Positions 26,972 to 37,136 of a DNA stretch of 64,000 nucleotides are shown in pieces. The notes below the pieces were generated by a model that was not told the DNA's origin, searched no databases, and worked only from the letters and a program-made list of their open reading frames with translations. The translations under genes and the position numbers were made by a program. Source of the stretch: Kiritimatiellia bacterium (GTDB taxonomy: Bacteria > Verrucomicrobiota > Kiritimatiellia > RFP12 > UBA1067); the NCBI GenBank assembly GCA_050949565.1, contig JBMNFY010000017.1, positions 1,824,001 to 1,888,000 of the forward strand, in the 5' to 3' direction. Position 1 is the first letter of the stretch, and every line of letters begins with the position of its first letter.

Positions 26972-27964
26972 ATGGACTGGACTGATACATTAGCCGAATT
27001 GATCCGACGCACCACGAGCGACCTGCCCGCCGATGCGGAGGCCGCGCTGTGCCGCGCTGTCGATGTGGAGTCGCCCGACTCGCAGGCCGCGCTGATCCTG
27101 CGCGCGCTTGTGGAGAACACCGCGCTTGCGCGCCAACAATCTACGCCGCTCTGCCAAGACACCGGCACGCTCACCTTTTTCTGGGAGGTGCCGCCCGGCA
27201 CCGATACCGCCGCGCTCGAACAAGCCGCGCGCAACGCGGTGGCGCGCGCCACCCACAACGGCTGGCTGCGCCGCAACACGATCGACACCTTGACGGGACG
27301 CTCGGTCGACAGCAATGTCGCCGAAGGTTGTCCGGTGTGCCACTTCGAGCAACGGGCGGCGGATGGAGAAGGCTCTTGCAAAACCCCTCGTAGCATGGGC
27401 GTCCCGCCCATGAAACACGGGCAAGATGCCCGTGCCACACCTGTACGCAAGGGGTTTTGCAAGAGCCCCGAAGGTCATGCGGCGGGAATCGAAGTCTGGC
27501 TGCTGCAGAAAGGCGGCGGCAGCGAGAACATGAGCCGCCAGTTCAGTCTGCCCGACGAAACGCTCGGAGCCGGACGCGACCTCGAAGGGGTGCGGCGTTG
27601 CCTGCTGCACGCGGTCTGGCAAACGCAGGGCTTCGGCTGTGCGCCCGGCGTGCTGGGCGTCTGCATCGGTGCCGACCGCGCCGAAGGGTTTCTCGTCGCC
27701 AAGCGCCAGTTGTTGCGTTCGCTTGACGATGCCGCGCCTGAACCTGAGTTGGCCGCACTTGAGCGGCGCGTACTGGAGGAGGCCAACGCATTGGGCATCG
27801 GTCCGATGGGCATGGGCGGCACCACCACGCTGCTGGGCGTCAAAATCGCTGCGCGTACCCGTCTGCCCGCCTCTTACTTTGTCACTGTGGCTTATCTCTG
27901 CTGGGCTTGCCGCCGGCGCGGCCTGCGCGTATCGTCCGACGGTTCGCTCCACTGGCTCAACTGA
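26972..27964 (+). CDS. Class I fumarate/tartrate hydratase, alpha subunit, with an in-frame repeat insertion
   Basis: PLCQDTG, KGGGSEN, GCAP, LGIGPMGMGG, PAS and CWACRR motifs. Confidence 0.92.
   Translation: MDWTDTLAELIRRTTSDLPADAEAALCRAVDVESPDSQAALILRALVENTALARQQSTPLCQDTGTLTFFWEVPPGTDTAALEQAARNAVARATHNGWLRRNTIDTLTGRSVDSNVAEGCPVCHFEQRAADGEGSCKTPRSMGVPPMKHGQDARATPVRKGFCKSPEGHAAGIEVWLLQKGGGSENMSRQFSLPDETLGAGRDLEGVRRCLLHAVWQTQGFGCAPGVLGVCIGADRAEGFLVAKRQLLRSLDDAAPEPELAALERRVLEEANALGIGPMGMGGTTTLLGVKIAARTRLPASYFVTVAYLCWACRRRGLRVSSDGSLHWLN
27371..27467 (+). mobile_element. 97-bp palindromic element with perfect 18-bp TIRs inside the hydratase alpha gene
   Basis: GGCTCTTGCAAAACCCCT (27371-27388) / AGGGGTTTTGCAAGAGCC (27450-27467). 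It encodes SCKTPRSMGVPPMKHGQDARATPVRKGFCKS. Confidence 0.92.
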
Positions 27965-27990
27965 TTCACTCCCTCATTTCACATTCACTT

Positions 27991-28590
27991 ATGATCACGC
28001 TTCACCATCCTTTCACCGAAACTGCTGTGCGTGCGTTGTGCGCCGGAGAGGCTGTGCGCGTGTCGGGTCGCGTCTGCACGGGGCGCGACCGTCTGCACAA
28101 GCATCTGGCCGAAGGCGGCGCGTGTCCGGCCGACCTGCGCGACGGCGCACTCTTTCACTGCGGCCCGGTGGTCGTCCCGCTTTCGCCCGATCCTGCGCAA
28201 CCGTCAGATGGGCGCGGCGGTTGGCGCGTAGTGGCGGCCGGCCCCACCACCTCGATACGCGAAGAACCCTACATGGCGCGGGTGATCGAGCGGTTCGGCG
28301 TGCGTGTCGTGATCGGCAAGGGCGGCATGGGCGAAGCCACGCGCGCGGCATGTGCGCGGTTCGGTTGCGTCTACCTGCAGGCGGTGGGCGGTGCCGCCGC
28401 CTTGATCGCGCAACGCATCAAGCGCGTGGCGCAGGTGCATTTCCTTGAGGAGTTCGGTGCCACCGAAGCGCTCTGGGAACTGGATATCGAGGGCTTGGAG
28501 GCCGTGGTCGGGATTGATGCCAGCGGGCGCAGCCTATACGATGAAGTACGTGACGCCTCGGCTATGCGCTTGCGTCGGCTGCTGGGGTAG
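27991..28590 (+). CDS. Class I fumarate/tartrate hydratase, beta subunit
   Basis: TGRD, HCGP, AGPTTS, IGKGGM and GGAA motifs. It follows the alpha subunit. Confidence 0.92.
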   Translation: MITLHHPFTETAVRALCAGEAVRVSGRVCTGRDRLHKHLAEGGACPADLRDGALFHCGPVVVPLSPDPAQPSDGRGGWRVVAAGPTTSIREEPYMARVIERFGVRVVIGKGGMGEATRAACARFGCVYLQAVGGAAALIAQRIKRVAQVHFLEEFGATEALWELDIEGLEAVVGIDASGRSLYDEVRDASAMRLRRLLG

Positions 28591-28609
28591 GGTGAGCCAA
28601 AACTTGGGG

Positions 28610-29440
28610 CTACGCTTTTTTCCTCGCACATTGACCGATCACCCAGACTTGCGCCTCCTTATGTTTCTTCCATGCCGTCTGGAGGATATCCCAAGCGATC
28701 ATAGCTTCTTCTTGGCTCCCCGTGCTGTATGCACCCGGCATCCTCTTGGGCAGGTTTTTGGCTTTGGAGAAGTACGCCTCAGCGTAGGGGTTCTGCTTCC
28801 TCGCGGCCGCAAGCGCTTCGGCGGCGCCGTCAGAGTCACCGGCCAGATAACGCTCAAGCACAAAGGCCCAGGCGAATGTTGCGGAAAACTCTCGCTCATC
28901 GTACTCGCGGAAGAGCCGGTTCGCACCCTCCAGGTTGTTCAACGCCAAGTAGAGCGCCATAAGCCCGTAGCGTATGCCAAGGTTGTCGTTCGGGCAGAGT
29001 TCGAGCATGCCTTCATGCTCGGTCACGGCCTCTTCCAGCCGCCCGGCCTGCACCAGACGTTGAGCCAGACGCGCCCGCGCCCGCATGTAGGGCCGCGTTT
29101 CCAGGAACCCCCAGAAGTGCCCCTTGAGTTCTTGGAACACCTTCTTGCCGAGGTTCTTCTCGCCTAACGCGACCAACTGGCGGAGAAACGCGATTTCCTC
29201 TTCACAGCCAAGCGGCTCGAAGTTCATCAGTCCCCGCCAGGCGTCTACGTTGCGCGGGTCAAGTTCAACGGCCTCGGTCAACAATGCGTAGGACTCGTCA
29301 CTGTCTGCCGTCTCCCAAGAGTCGAAGACCAGATCCGCCGCCTCCTTCACCTTGCGTTTTTTGACAGAGCCTATCAGCCGTTCCATTCGCTGCGGAAGTG
29401 ATTCTGAGTGGCCCTTTTGGTTTTTTTTGTTTGTGGTCAT
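28610..29440 (-). CDS. TPR-containing hypothetical protein
   Basis: AVELDPRNVDAW, HFWGFLETRPYMRAR and LELCPNDNLGIRY: an all-helical TPR-like pattern. Confidence 0.7.
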   Translation of the reverse strand: MTTNKKNQKGHSESLPQRMERLIGSVKKRKVKEAADLVFDSWETADSDESYALLTEAVELDPRNVDAWRGLMNFEPLGCEEEIAFLRQLVALGEKNLGKKVFQELKGHFWGFLETRPYMRARARLAQRLVQAGRLEEAVTEHEGMLELCPNDNLGIRYGLMALYLALNNLEGANRLFREYDEREFSATFAWAFVLERYLAGDSDGAAEALAAARKQNPYAEAYFSKAKNLPKRMPGAYSTGSQEEAMIAWDILQTAWKKHKEAQVWVIGQCARKKA

Positions 29441-29449
29441 GTCATTCTC

Positions 29450-31438
29450 CTAGTCTGAAACCCCAACGGGGCTGATAAAGCCGAGAATCGCGGGATGCTC
29501 GAAAGGCACATCGATTTCAGCGGTGCCTTCTGCTCCGACCTGTTTACCGGTACGGAGATCGAAGAGCGGACGGCGCTCGCCGTATACGAAGGTCACGCGC
29601 ACGGCGTTGCGCTGCGTCGGCAAATTGTGCGCTGTCACATCGTCGCTGTGCTGTCCCTGCTGCCGCTGCTCCAATGCGAAGAGTTGCGACGAGCCCTCGC
29701 GAAAGCGATAGACGCAAACACCGCTACCGGGCGTGGTGATGCGGATTGCGGGTGGGGGCAGGGCGGTGACGAGTTGCGCGACTGTCTGCGTGCTTGCGGT
29801 GAAGAGCGGTTGCGTGCGCGGTGTGCCGTTGGCGTGGAAGACACCCGGTTCGCCGGTGTAGAGCAGGCGGTTGCCGGGTTTCTGCGCGAAGTCGCGCAGG
29901 GCATGCGCTTCGCGGTCGGAAAGCGCGAAGGCGTCGGGGAGCAGGCAAGTGTGAAAACCATCCGCCTCAAGCTTGCCGGCGGCGACCTCCTCGTAAGAGA
30001 CGAAGAGCGGCGACCAGCCGGCCTCGCGTAGGGCTTGCAACAAGTCGGTACGCAATGCGGCATGACGGTTGTGGCGTGCCTCGTAACTTGAGAAGCGGCG
30101 CGGCCAAGTCGCACCGTCCTCGAAGGATTCGAACAGCCAGGCGAGCTGAATCGAGGCGTGGGAGTAGTGGATGGCGATCGGGTCGTACAGCCGTTCGGCC
30201 CGCAACAGCCGACGCGCCAACGGCGTGTGCATCTCGCGTATGACTGGCGTCAACGCGCGTCCTTTGGCACTGAGCCGCAGCGCGGGGCCGTCGCCTTCGA
30301 GCAGGTCCTCGCTCCACCACAGAATTGCGCCGCTGTCGCCCTCAAGCAGCAGGTGCCAGAGGCGGCGCGAAACCGCTACCGGATCACTTTCACCGTACGT
30401 GGCGAATAGCGGTTTGCCACGCATGAACGATCCAAAGATCGCGCGTGCGGCGGTGATGTCGTAGGGCTCTACCCAGTCCAGCACACGCGACAGCTTCCAG
30501 AGATCATACCCGCCCCAAGCACTGGGCATCTGGGTGCCTTCGATGCCGACTGGCGTGACGGGGTCTACTGCACGCGCGGCGGTGCGTAGGTCGGCTAAAG
30601 TCTCGGCGAGTGTGTCATCCATGAAGGTGCGGAAGTCGCACCACGGCGCGAGGTGCCAGCGTTTGGGTTCCGCACGCACATGCTGTGGCGCGTATTGCAT
30701 GGCGCGCAGGGCGCGCCAATTCGGCTGTTGGTCCAGGGCCTCAATGCGACCGGCCAGCCGCGCCTTGATCTCATCGGTCGAAAAAGGGCGCACCTCCTCC
30801 CATGCGGCAAACGGTGTCAGCCACGCCGCGTTCAGGGCGTCCAGCGAAGGGTAGCGCTGCTGCAACCATAGTCGCAGGGCGGCGAGACTGGCCGGAGCGA
30901 AATCATAATCGAATGGATTGGCGGAGACGGTGACGGAGAGTTCGTCGCGGATGTCGTATAGCAGTGGGCTCCAAGGCGCGTGATGTGTAGCGGCGCGTTG
31001 CATGGCGGCGCGGGCACGGGCGCGCCAAGCCGGATCGGACAGACAGAAATCGCGCGTGAATGCCTCCGGGCTGCGCGTCTTCATCCACTGTGTGATGAAT
31101 GCGTTCCAGTCAGTGACGGATGATCGGAACTTCAGGCAGAGTCCGGGGCTGACGATATTCTCCACATAGTAATTGAAGCCCAGTGTACGCCACAGCGCGG
31201 GGTCTTCCGTCGGACCGGTCATCAACGAAGTCACGCCCAATTCATTACAAGCGCGGGCGAGTTCTTGCGTGCTGTCGCGGTTACGGGCCACCCTGTCACT
31301 GCACCACAGGATCACCTGATAGTTGCCATCGCCGAGACGCGCATGCGTCGGCCACGCCAGCAAGGCGCAACCAAACAGGATGAGTACCACCGTCATGCCT
31401 CGCATTGTCATGTGACGCATTTCTCCTTCTCGCCTCAT
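29450..31438 (-). CDS. Exported GH42-like glycoside hydrolase (beta-galactosidase-like)
   Basis: Signal peptide, DE acid/base, WLQQRYPSLDALNAAW (typical GH42 insertion) and a trimerisation-like C-terminal domain. The start may be ~31411. Confidence 0.7.
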   Translation of the reverse strand: MRREGEMRHMTMRGMTVVLILFGCALLAWPTHARLGDGNYQVILWCSDRVARNRDSTQELARACNELGVTSLMTGPTEDPALWRTLGFNYYVENIVSPGLCLKFRSSVTDWNAFITQWMKTRSPEAFTRDFCLSDPAWRARARAAMQRAATHHAPWSPLLYDIRDELSVTVSANPFDYDFAPASLAALRLWLQQRYPSLDALNAAWLTPFAAWEEVRPFSTDEIKARLAGRIEALDQQPNWRALRAMQYAPQHVRAEPKRWHLAPWCDFRTFMDDTLAETLADLRTAARAVDPVTPVGIEGTQMPSAWGGYDLWKLSRVLDWVEPYDITAARAIFGSFMRGKPLFATYGESDPVAVSRRLWHLLLEGDSGAILWWSEDLLEGDGPALRLSAKGRALTPVIREMHTPLARRLLRAERLYDPIAIHYSHASIQLAWLFESFEDGATWPRRFSSYEARHNRHAALRTDLLQALREAGWSPLFVSYEEVAAGKLEADGFHTCLLPDAFALSDREAHALRDFAQKPGNRLLYTGEPGVFHANGTPRTQPLFTASTQTVAQLVTALPPPAIRITTPGSGVCVYRFREGSSQLFALEQRQQGQHSDDVTAHNLPTQRNAVRVTFVYGERRPLFDLRTGKQVGAEGTAEIDVPFEHPAILGFISPVGVSD

Positions 31439-31573
31439 GGTGAGTCTGTTGAGCCGCTCATAATATCCAATACCGCGCGTAACGACAATTCGTAATCGGT
31501 TAGTCTATAAACCTAAAACGAAAGCGCCCCATCGTGACTTAGACGCATCGGCGTTATTCCAAGCTCGTTCGTG

Positions 31574-32857
31574 TCAAAGGATTCGGTGATGACTGCTGAT
31601 TCTGTCCCGTTCCTTGGGCGAGACATTGGCGCTTGCGGCAAAATCCGGCCACGCCATGAGTACATCGCCGATCTGCTTGAGAACTTTGGCCGCTGTGCCG
31701 ATGCCGAAGCGATCCGCCACGGCCAGCAGATCTTGGCGTGTGATGTCGGCAAACCTGCCGTTCACTGACATGAGATGCTGGCTCGTCCACTCGCCCTTTG
31801 GATTATGCGCGTGCGTTACATCGTATGCCGGGGCGAGTGTCCATCCCTCGTTCTCACGCAGCAGAAACGAGAAGTTTTTGGTATGGTCGTCGCAGTTGGC
31901 CGCCATCACGTTAAAGGCCATGCGTCGGAAGGCTTCTTCCTTCGCCTCGTAACCGAGCCTTAACTGGTCGATGGTCTGGAAAAGTTGATTGTAGTCGTGA
32001 CTGGCCTTCTGCTTGTAGTCCAGATGAGCCATGGCGCAGAGAGTCTGCATGTGGTGTTTGCGATTGCCGTCACGATCAAACCGTCTCGTCATGAAGTGGG
32101 CGCGCTCGTTCTCTTCCAGCAGACGGCAGGGCGACATTCTGATGCCGGCGGCTGTCGCCATCTTGTAGTAGGCGTACTCGATGCGCCCGTAGTCCTGCGA
32201 ACCGCCCAGCTCCCTGTCCTCGCCCATACCGTCGAACTTCAGCAACCAATGCTCGAATCCATCCTCCGCGTCGAACTGCCCGGCACGGATCTCCTCCGTT
32301 TTCGGATTCCATGCCACGACCGCTTTGGCGCGTGCACCGCCCGCCGAAGTGCCCACGCTCACGATCTGCGACAGTACGGCTCGCGCTGAAGCGTCCGAAC
32401 CCAAATCGCCCCGCACGGCACGGCGAGCCCCTTCCACCAGATCGGCGAGGGCGATCGCCGTACTGTCTTTGGCCTCAGGCCCGATGGCCGGTTTGAACTC
32501 CAGAGCACCCATACTGCGCACCCCCATGTAAGCCAAGCGATCGAGCGCGGTGACAGCATCACGTTCAACACCCTGCGCGGCCATCCACCCGTTGATCAGT
32601 GTGTTGCCGAAATCATCAGGCAGAGCATCGGCCAGAAGCGCCGGCAACCGCTTGTAGGTCTGTTCCGGCAAATCCGTGAACACGAACGGTTCCGAGGCTT
32701 TGGCGAGCGGCATGGTCAGCGGCGCAAGCTCGATGCCCGTCTTCACGAAGTTCGGCTCGTATTCAAACACATAAAAACGCAGATTTGGATCCAGCGCCAC
32801 CGCGCCGACTTTCTGGCCCCATATCCGAACTTCGATTGCTTCAACGGGTTTATACAC
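31574..32857 (-). CDS. hipA: HipA-family kinase toxin
   Basis: DALPDDFG, GTSAGGARAK, WLLKFD, RRFDR, NCDDHTKNFSF and LAPAYD motifs. Confidence 0.93.
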   Translation of the reverse strand: MYKPVEAIEVRIWGQKVGAVALDPNLRFYVFEYEPNFVKTGIELAPLTMPLAKASEPFVFTDLPEQTYKRLPALLADALPDDFGNTLINGWMAAQGVERDAVTALDRLAYMGVRSMGALEFKPAIGPEAKDSTAIALADLVEGARRAVRGDLGSDASARAVLSQIVSVGTSAGGARAKAVVAWNPKTEEIRAGQFDAEDGFEHWLLKFDGMGEDRELGGSQDYGRIEYAYYKMATAAGIRMSPCRLLEENERAHFMTRRFDRDGNRKHHMQTLCAMAHLDYKQKASHDYNQLFQTIDQLRLGYEAKEEAFRRMAFNVMAANCDDHTKNFSFLLRENEGWTLAPAYDVTHAHNPKGEWTSQHLMSVNGRFADITRQDLLAVADRFGIGTAAKVLKQIGDVLMAWPDFAASANVSPKERDRISSHHRIL

Positions 32858-33164
32858 GCGGCGCCTCCTTCGACGGGGATGCCCGCTGTCGGACGGGCTT
32901 CTTATTTTTCAGCATTTGCAAGGGGCTCACGGAAACCCTCGGTGCCAGCGCATTGAGCCAGTCTTCCCGGCCCAAAGCTCGCAACACCTTGATCAGAGAC
33001 GTGACCGTTGCGCCTTTCCCGCCCTCCAGCTTTTTAACCACATTCAGCGCCACCGAGGCCCGCTCTGCCAACTCGCGCTGGCTGATGTTCTGGCGTAAGC
33101 GAAGGCTTCGCAGGTGCTGACCGAGCGCAATCTCCAAATCATCTGTCCTCGAATAAGTCCTCAT
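32850..33164 (-). CDS. XRE-family HTH antitoxin (HipB-like)
   Basis: LRSLRLRQNISQRELAERASVA..VKKLEGG. It overlaps the hipA start. Confidence 0.88.
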   Translation of the reverse strand: MRTYSRTDDLEIALGQHLRSLRLRQNISQRELAERASVALNVVKKLEGGKGATVTSLIKVLRALGREDWLNALAPRVSVSPLQMLKNKKPVRQRASPSKEAPRV

Positions 33165-33165
33165 T

Positions 33166-33227
33166 AATAGCCCTCATTAAGTCCATTGGCAAATAAATAA
33201 TACCCAATAGCCCCAAAGAAGTCTATT
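33166..33227. promoter_or_regulatory. Two HipB-type operators
   Basis: AATAGCC-N8-GTCCATT (33166-33187) and AATAGCC-N8-GTCTATT (33206-33227). These are imperfect palindromes with an N8 spacer, like E. coli TATCC-N8-GGATA. Confidence 0.65.
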
Positions 33228-33262
33228 GTAATAATATCAGAACTGTCGATTTATGAGGTCTT

Positions 33263-34642
33263 TTATGGCGAGTCTCCGCTATCGGGGGGTGGCGGCAGGC
33301 GGCGCACGGCGCGTAGGATGAGAAGCCCCAGCGCGACCATCACGGCTAGCGAGACGAGTAGCAGGCCGTGCCGGACGAAGAACCGGCGCACGCATACGGC
33401 GAAACCAACATGGATTCCGCCGTCGGGCGCGGCGGCGAGCGACCAGACCTCCGCCTTGCGCCCGCCGCGCAGATAGTTCAGTACGCTCTGTTCGTAAACC
33501 GGTGCCGTCACCGCTTCGGGTGCGCCGTAAGTCAGCGCGTAGCGCACGCCCGGCTCGGCGATGAAGAGTGCGCGATACGCCTGACGCAACGCAAGCACGC
33601 TGTTCGGCGCGAAGGTCAGCGGCGGGTTGTCGTGATTTGCGATCACCACCCGCAACCGCGCTGCGCGTGTCTCGGGTAACGTGATTTCGCATTGCTCGAC
33701 CGGCGCGGTGTTCGGTAAGCGTACGCGTGTCAAACGCCCGGAGGTCAGCAAGCGCCACCCGCCTGGCGCCTCGCATGCTACGGTGATGCTACGGTCGAAA
33801 TTCTGTTGTTCGGGCAACAGCACGAGACCGGTCAGCGGCCACTGTGCGGTCTCGATCGTCACTACCGTTTGTTTGCGGTCGCTCTGCTCCTCGACCGTGA
33901 ACGACGGCACGGCCACTCGCTCGGTGCGTAGCTTTCCTGCCACCGCCACCTGTCGGGTGTCGCGGAAGAGTACGGCGTCGATGCGGAACGGCCGCTGTTC
34001 CACGCTGTAGCGTTTGAAGGTGCGTTGCCGGGTTTCCGCAGCGTCACGCTCTTCGGTCATCGAGGCGTAGGTCGAGAACACCGTGTCGTCGGCACGGGCG
34101 ATTTCCAGTTTGAAGAGCCGGTTGGTGAGATTCGGCAGCGTGACGCTCTCTTTCTTCACGTCGGCGTAGCGGCTGTAATCGAACAATGGTTCTGCGGCGC
34201 GCAACGGTGTCCAAGTACCGTCCGCGCTCTGGGTCGAGACCGTCACGCTCTGTTCGTAATCGCGTAGCGGCGTGCGCACTGTCAGGCGCGTGAGCGTGAG
34301 CGCGTTGGTGCCTTCCAGCTCGCACACGACGGCGAGTCCACCGTCGGGGAGTTGCTGGATATTTTTGAGAACCGCTCGCCGTTCGGTATGACTCTCCTCG
34401 AAACGGTAATCGCGCTCGGGCTCGATCACACGCGGGATGTCGCGTCCACCGACCTCGGTCACGCGCAGATCAGCCCACTGCGGCTGCGTGTGGGCGAACA
34501 CATGATTGTCCAACGGTACGGCGACAACCGCAGTGGCGGTGGCCTCGCCTTGGATCACGCGCGTCACCCGCGCACCATCCGCAGCGGCCAGACTCAGCGC
34601 GGCTGCGCACCAACATCCACCTGCATAGAACAGCATACGCAT
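33263..34642 (-). CDS. DUF3999-like exported protein with a C-terminal TM anchor
   Basis: Signal peptide, ADLRV, RLRVVIANHDNPPL, LTYG and a C-terminal TM. Usual partner of DUF2339. Confidence 0.65.
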   Translation of the reverse strand: MRMLFYAGGCWCAAALSLAAADGARVTRVIQGEATATAVVAVPLDNHVFAHTQPQWADLRVTEVGGRDIPRVIEPERDYRFEESHTERRAVLKNIQQLPDGGLAVVCELEGTNALTLTRLTVRTPLRDYEQSVTVSTQSADGTWTPLRAAEPLFDYSRYADVKKESVTLPNLTNRLFKLEIARADDTVFSTYASMTEERDAAETRQRTFKRYSVEQRPFRIDAVLFRDTRQVAVAGKLRTERVAVPSFTVEEQSDRKQTVVTIETAQWPLTGLVLLPEQQNFDRSITVACEAPGGWRLLTSGRLTRVRLPNTAPVEQCEITLPETRAARLRVVIANHDNPPLTFAPNSVLALRQAYRALFIAEPGVRYALTYGAPEAVTAPVYEQSVLNYLRGGRKAEVWSLAAAPDGGIHVGFAVCVRRFFVRHGLLLVSLAVMVALGLLILRAVRRLPPPPDSGDSP

Positions 34643-34654
34643 AAACAGTCTCTC

Positions 34655-36637
34655 CTACCTGTCGGTATCGGCGTGTTCATCCGTCTCGAACAGGGGTTTG
34701 TAGGTCAAATACACGAATGATCCCAGCACCAGCAGCACACCGGTGGAGATAAAGGCGATGATCCGGTAGAGCGTGGCCAATTCATTGAGATCGGAGAACA
34801 ACAGCTTGATTACGGCCAGCGCGAAAAGCGCCAATCCGCACCAGCGCAGCCAGCGCCCGCGCAGGCGAATACCGGAGAACAGCAGCGCGAAGGCGAAGAG
34901 GGTCCAGACCAGCGTCACGGCGCCGTCATGGAATTCCGGTGCGAACACGCGCGCCAGCAAGCTGGTCTCCAGCGTGAGTAGCAACCACACTTGCAACAGC
35001 ACCAGTCCCAATATCTTGGCGGCGTGCCGGTGCGTGCGCACCAGACGCCACGCTGCGGTCAGTGTGACGGGGAGCACGCCGCAGAGCAACGCGCGCAATC
35101 CCGCCGCCTTCCAGAAGGCAACGCCGGTCAAGTCCTCAGGACATGACTTGTCATAAAAGCGGTAGAGATCGACAAACATTCCGCGCGCACTGGCCAGCGC
35201 GAAGAGCGCGATAGCTGCCTTGGCGAGAAGGGGCTGGCCGGCGCGCTGCGCGATCCAGAGCATGGCCAGTGCTTGCAGGCACCAAGCGAAGGTCAGCCAC
35301 TGCGCTGTCAGCATGAAGACCGGGCTCATGGCTAGGAAGACCGCTGCAAACGCGGCAAAGAGCATGAGCGCTGCGCGATCCAGTACGGCACGACGGATAC
35401 AGACGTAAACCAACGCCACGTAGACTGCAGCCACGGTGAGCGCGACCAGTCCCGCCCCCTCGCGTCCGTAAACCGGTTTGAAAAGCAGGAAAGCCCACGT
35501 CCAATAGATCGCGGCATTGAGGCTGAGTGCGGTCCACTCGAACGCGCCGGTCTTGAGTTGCGCGCGCAGGTGCAGCACGATCACCGAGAGCAGATAGAGC
35601 AGGTGTACGCCCGAGGTGAAGAGCAGATCGTTGAAAAGCTGGTCGGCCGTCGTGTGTTGTGAGCAGAAGAGGAACGACAACCCGTAAGCCGCCAGCATGC
35701 CGAGTCCGTTCAGTATCGGCCAGCGGCGCACCCACGAGATGCCGAGTACGCCGACGCCCAGCGTCAACACGTAGGCATAGAAGAAGAGCGGATTTGCCGA
35801 GGAACCGCCCATCATCAGCGGCGTAGCGTAGCCACCGACTACGCCGAGCAAGGCAATGCTGAGTGATCGATAAAGTACCGCAAGGGTACCGGCTGCGGCG
35901 GTCACGCAGGCCATCAGGCCGAAGGCCGCAGACAGGGGCATCAGGTGGTAGAGGACCGAGGCCGCATAGAAGGCGAAATAGAGCATCACGAAGCCTGCAC
36001 CGGCGAGACCTTGGCCCAGCAGGTGGTAGCGTTTGAAGAGCAGGCGTACGCCCAGCACGATCAACGTTACGCCGGCTGCCAAGCTTAGTGCCACGCGCCC
36101 GAGCGGCCCCATCAAGCCTTTCTCGATCGAGTACTTGAGGAAGAAGGCGACGCCTGCGAGCTCGATCAGAATGCCCGTCCGCAGCAGCCAGTGAGTCGCC
36201 GCCGCGTACTCCCATGACTCGCCGGGCTTGCGGTACTCCTCGCCGATGATGAACCAACTCCATATTCAGGCCAAGGCACGCTCGACCGCATTCGGCGCAT
36301 ATGGCGCGGGCGCAGGTGCAGCGTCGACCGAAAGAACAGGCTCCGCGCATGGCTGTTCAGGCATGGGCGGCGGCGCAGCGGCGGGAACGGAAGCAGGTGC
36401 GGGTTCCGGCCCTGCATCGCTGACAGATGCGGCGGCGACCGGTGCGGACTCCGGTGCAACTGCGACCGGCGCGTCGGGCTTCGCGGGCTCGACTAGGCGT
36501 TCCTCCAGCCGGATGAGCTGCTGTTGCAACTCCCTCATGCCGCGACACAGGCCCGCAACGCGGACGAGCAGGATCACCGGAATCACAAGCAGGATCGCGA
36601 CGATTCCCAGCCCGATCATCAACCCTAGTAGTTCCAT
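34655..36637 (-). pseudogene. DUF2339 multi-TM membrane protein interrupted by one in-frame TGA (36266-36268)
   Basis: MELLGLMIG..AVERALA*IWSWFIIGEE..HWLLRTGILIELAGVAFFLKYSIEKGLMGPLGR. The upstream and downstream ORFs are in the same frame. RBS AAGGAG. Confidence 0.8.
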
Positions 36638-36783
36638 GGCCTGACTCCTTGCATATACCACCCCGCCAAACGGCAATCGGCACGACACCGGACGATTAGC
36701 GAGCACACGTTTTCTTCAGGTTCTGAACGGGGCTTATTGTGACATGCGGACGGAGTATCGGCAAGAGTGAACCTTCAAAATGA

Positions 36784-37129
36784 GGTAATCGGTCGGTGGT
36801 GGGAACATGCGAAGCTCGTGCGTTTCCTGTGAAAAGGGGAGCAGAGAGTCGGGCGCGGGCGTCCTCGCCCGCAACAGCGTGTCTTGCGCTTTCTGGTTTT
36901 ATCTGCAGATTTGCGCGGATTTTTTTATTTTGACCAAAGGAGGGGAGGGACGAGCGTCTGCTCGTCCGCGGGCAAGCAGACGCTTGCCCCTCCCGGCGCT
37001 CCGCGAGCCCGGACGCGCATCGGAATCACGAGCGGCCTTTCACAGAGCGGGCGGGGGCACCGCGCTCCCGCCCGCGCGCACACAAAACACGCACTCGACT
37101 CTCGTGCTCCCTGTCACTAACCGCTTACC
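36784..37129. mobile_element. MITE-like element 1 filled with REP/tandem-repeat cargo
   Basis: Ends GGTAATCGGTCGGTGGTGGG and CCCTGTCACTAACCGCTTACC. It contains the 52-bp REP doublet (36943-36994, identical to 23026-23077). Confidence 0.7.
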
Positions 37130-37136
37130 GCTCGGA

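Noticed and set aside
28170-28225. Extra loop PLSPDPAQPSDGRGG in the hydratase beta subunit as another repeat insertion
   Set aside because: It has no palindrome and no match to any repeat family in the window.
36266-36268. TGA as selenocysteine or a reassigned codon
   Set aside because: The position is not a redox motif, and many intact genes here (nfo, yidC, yidD, lemA) end in TGA.
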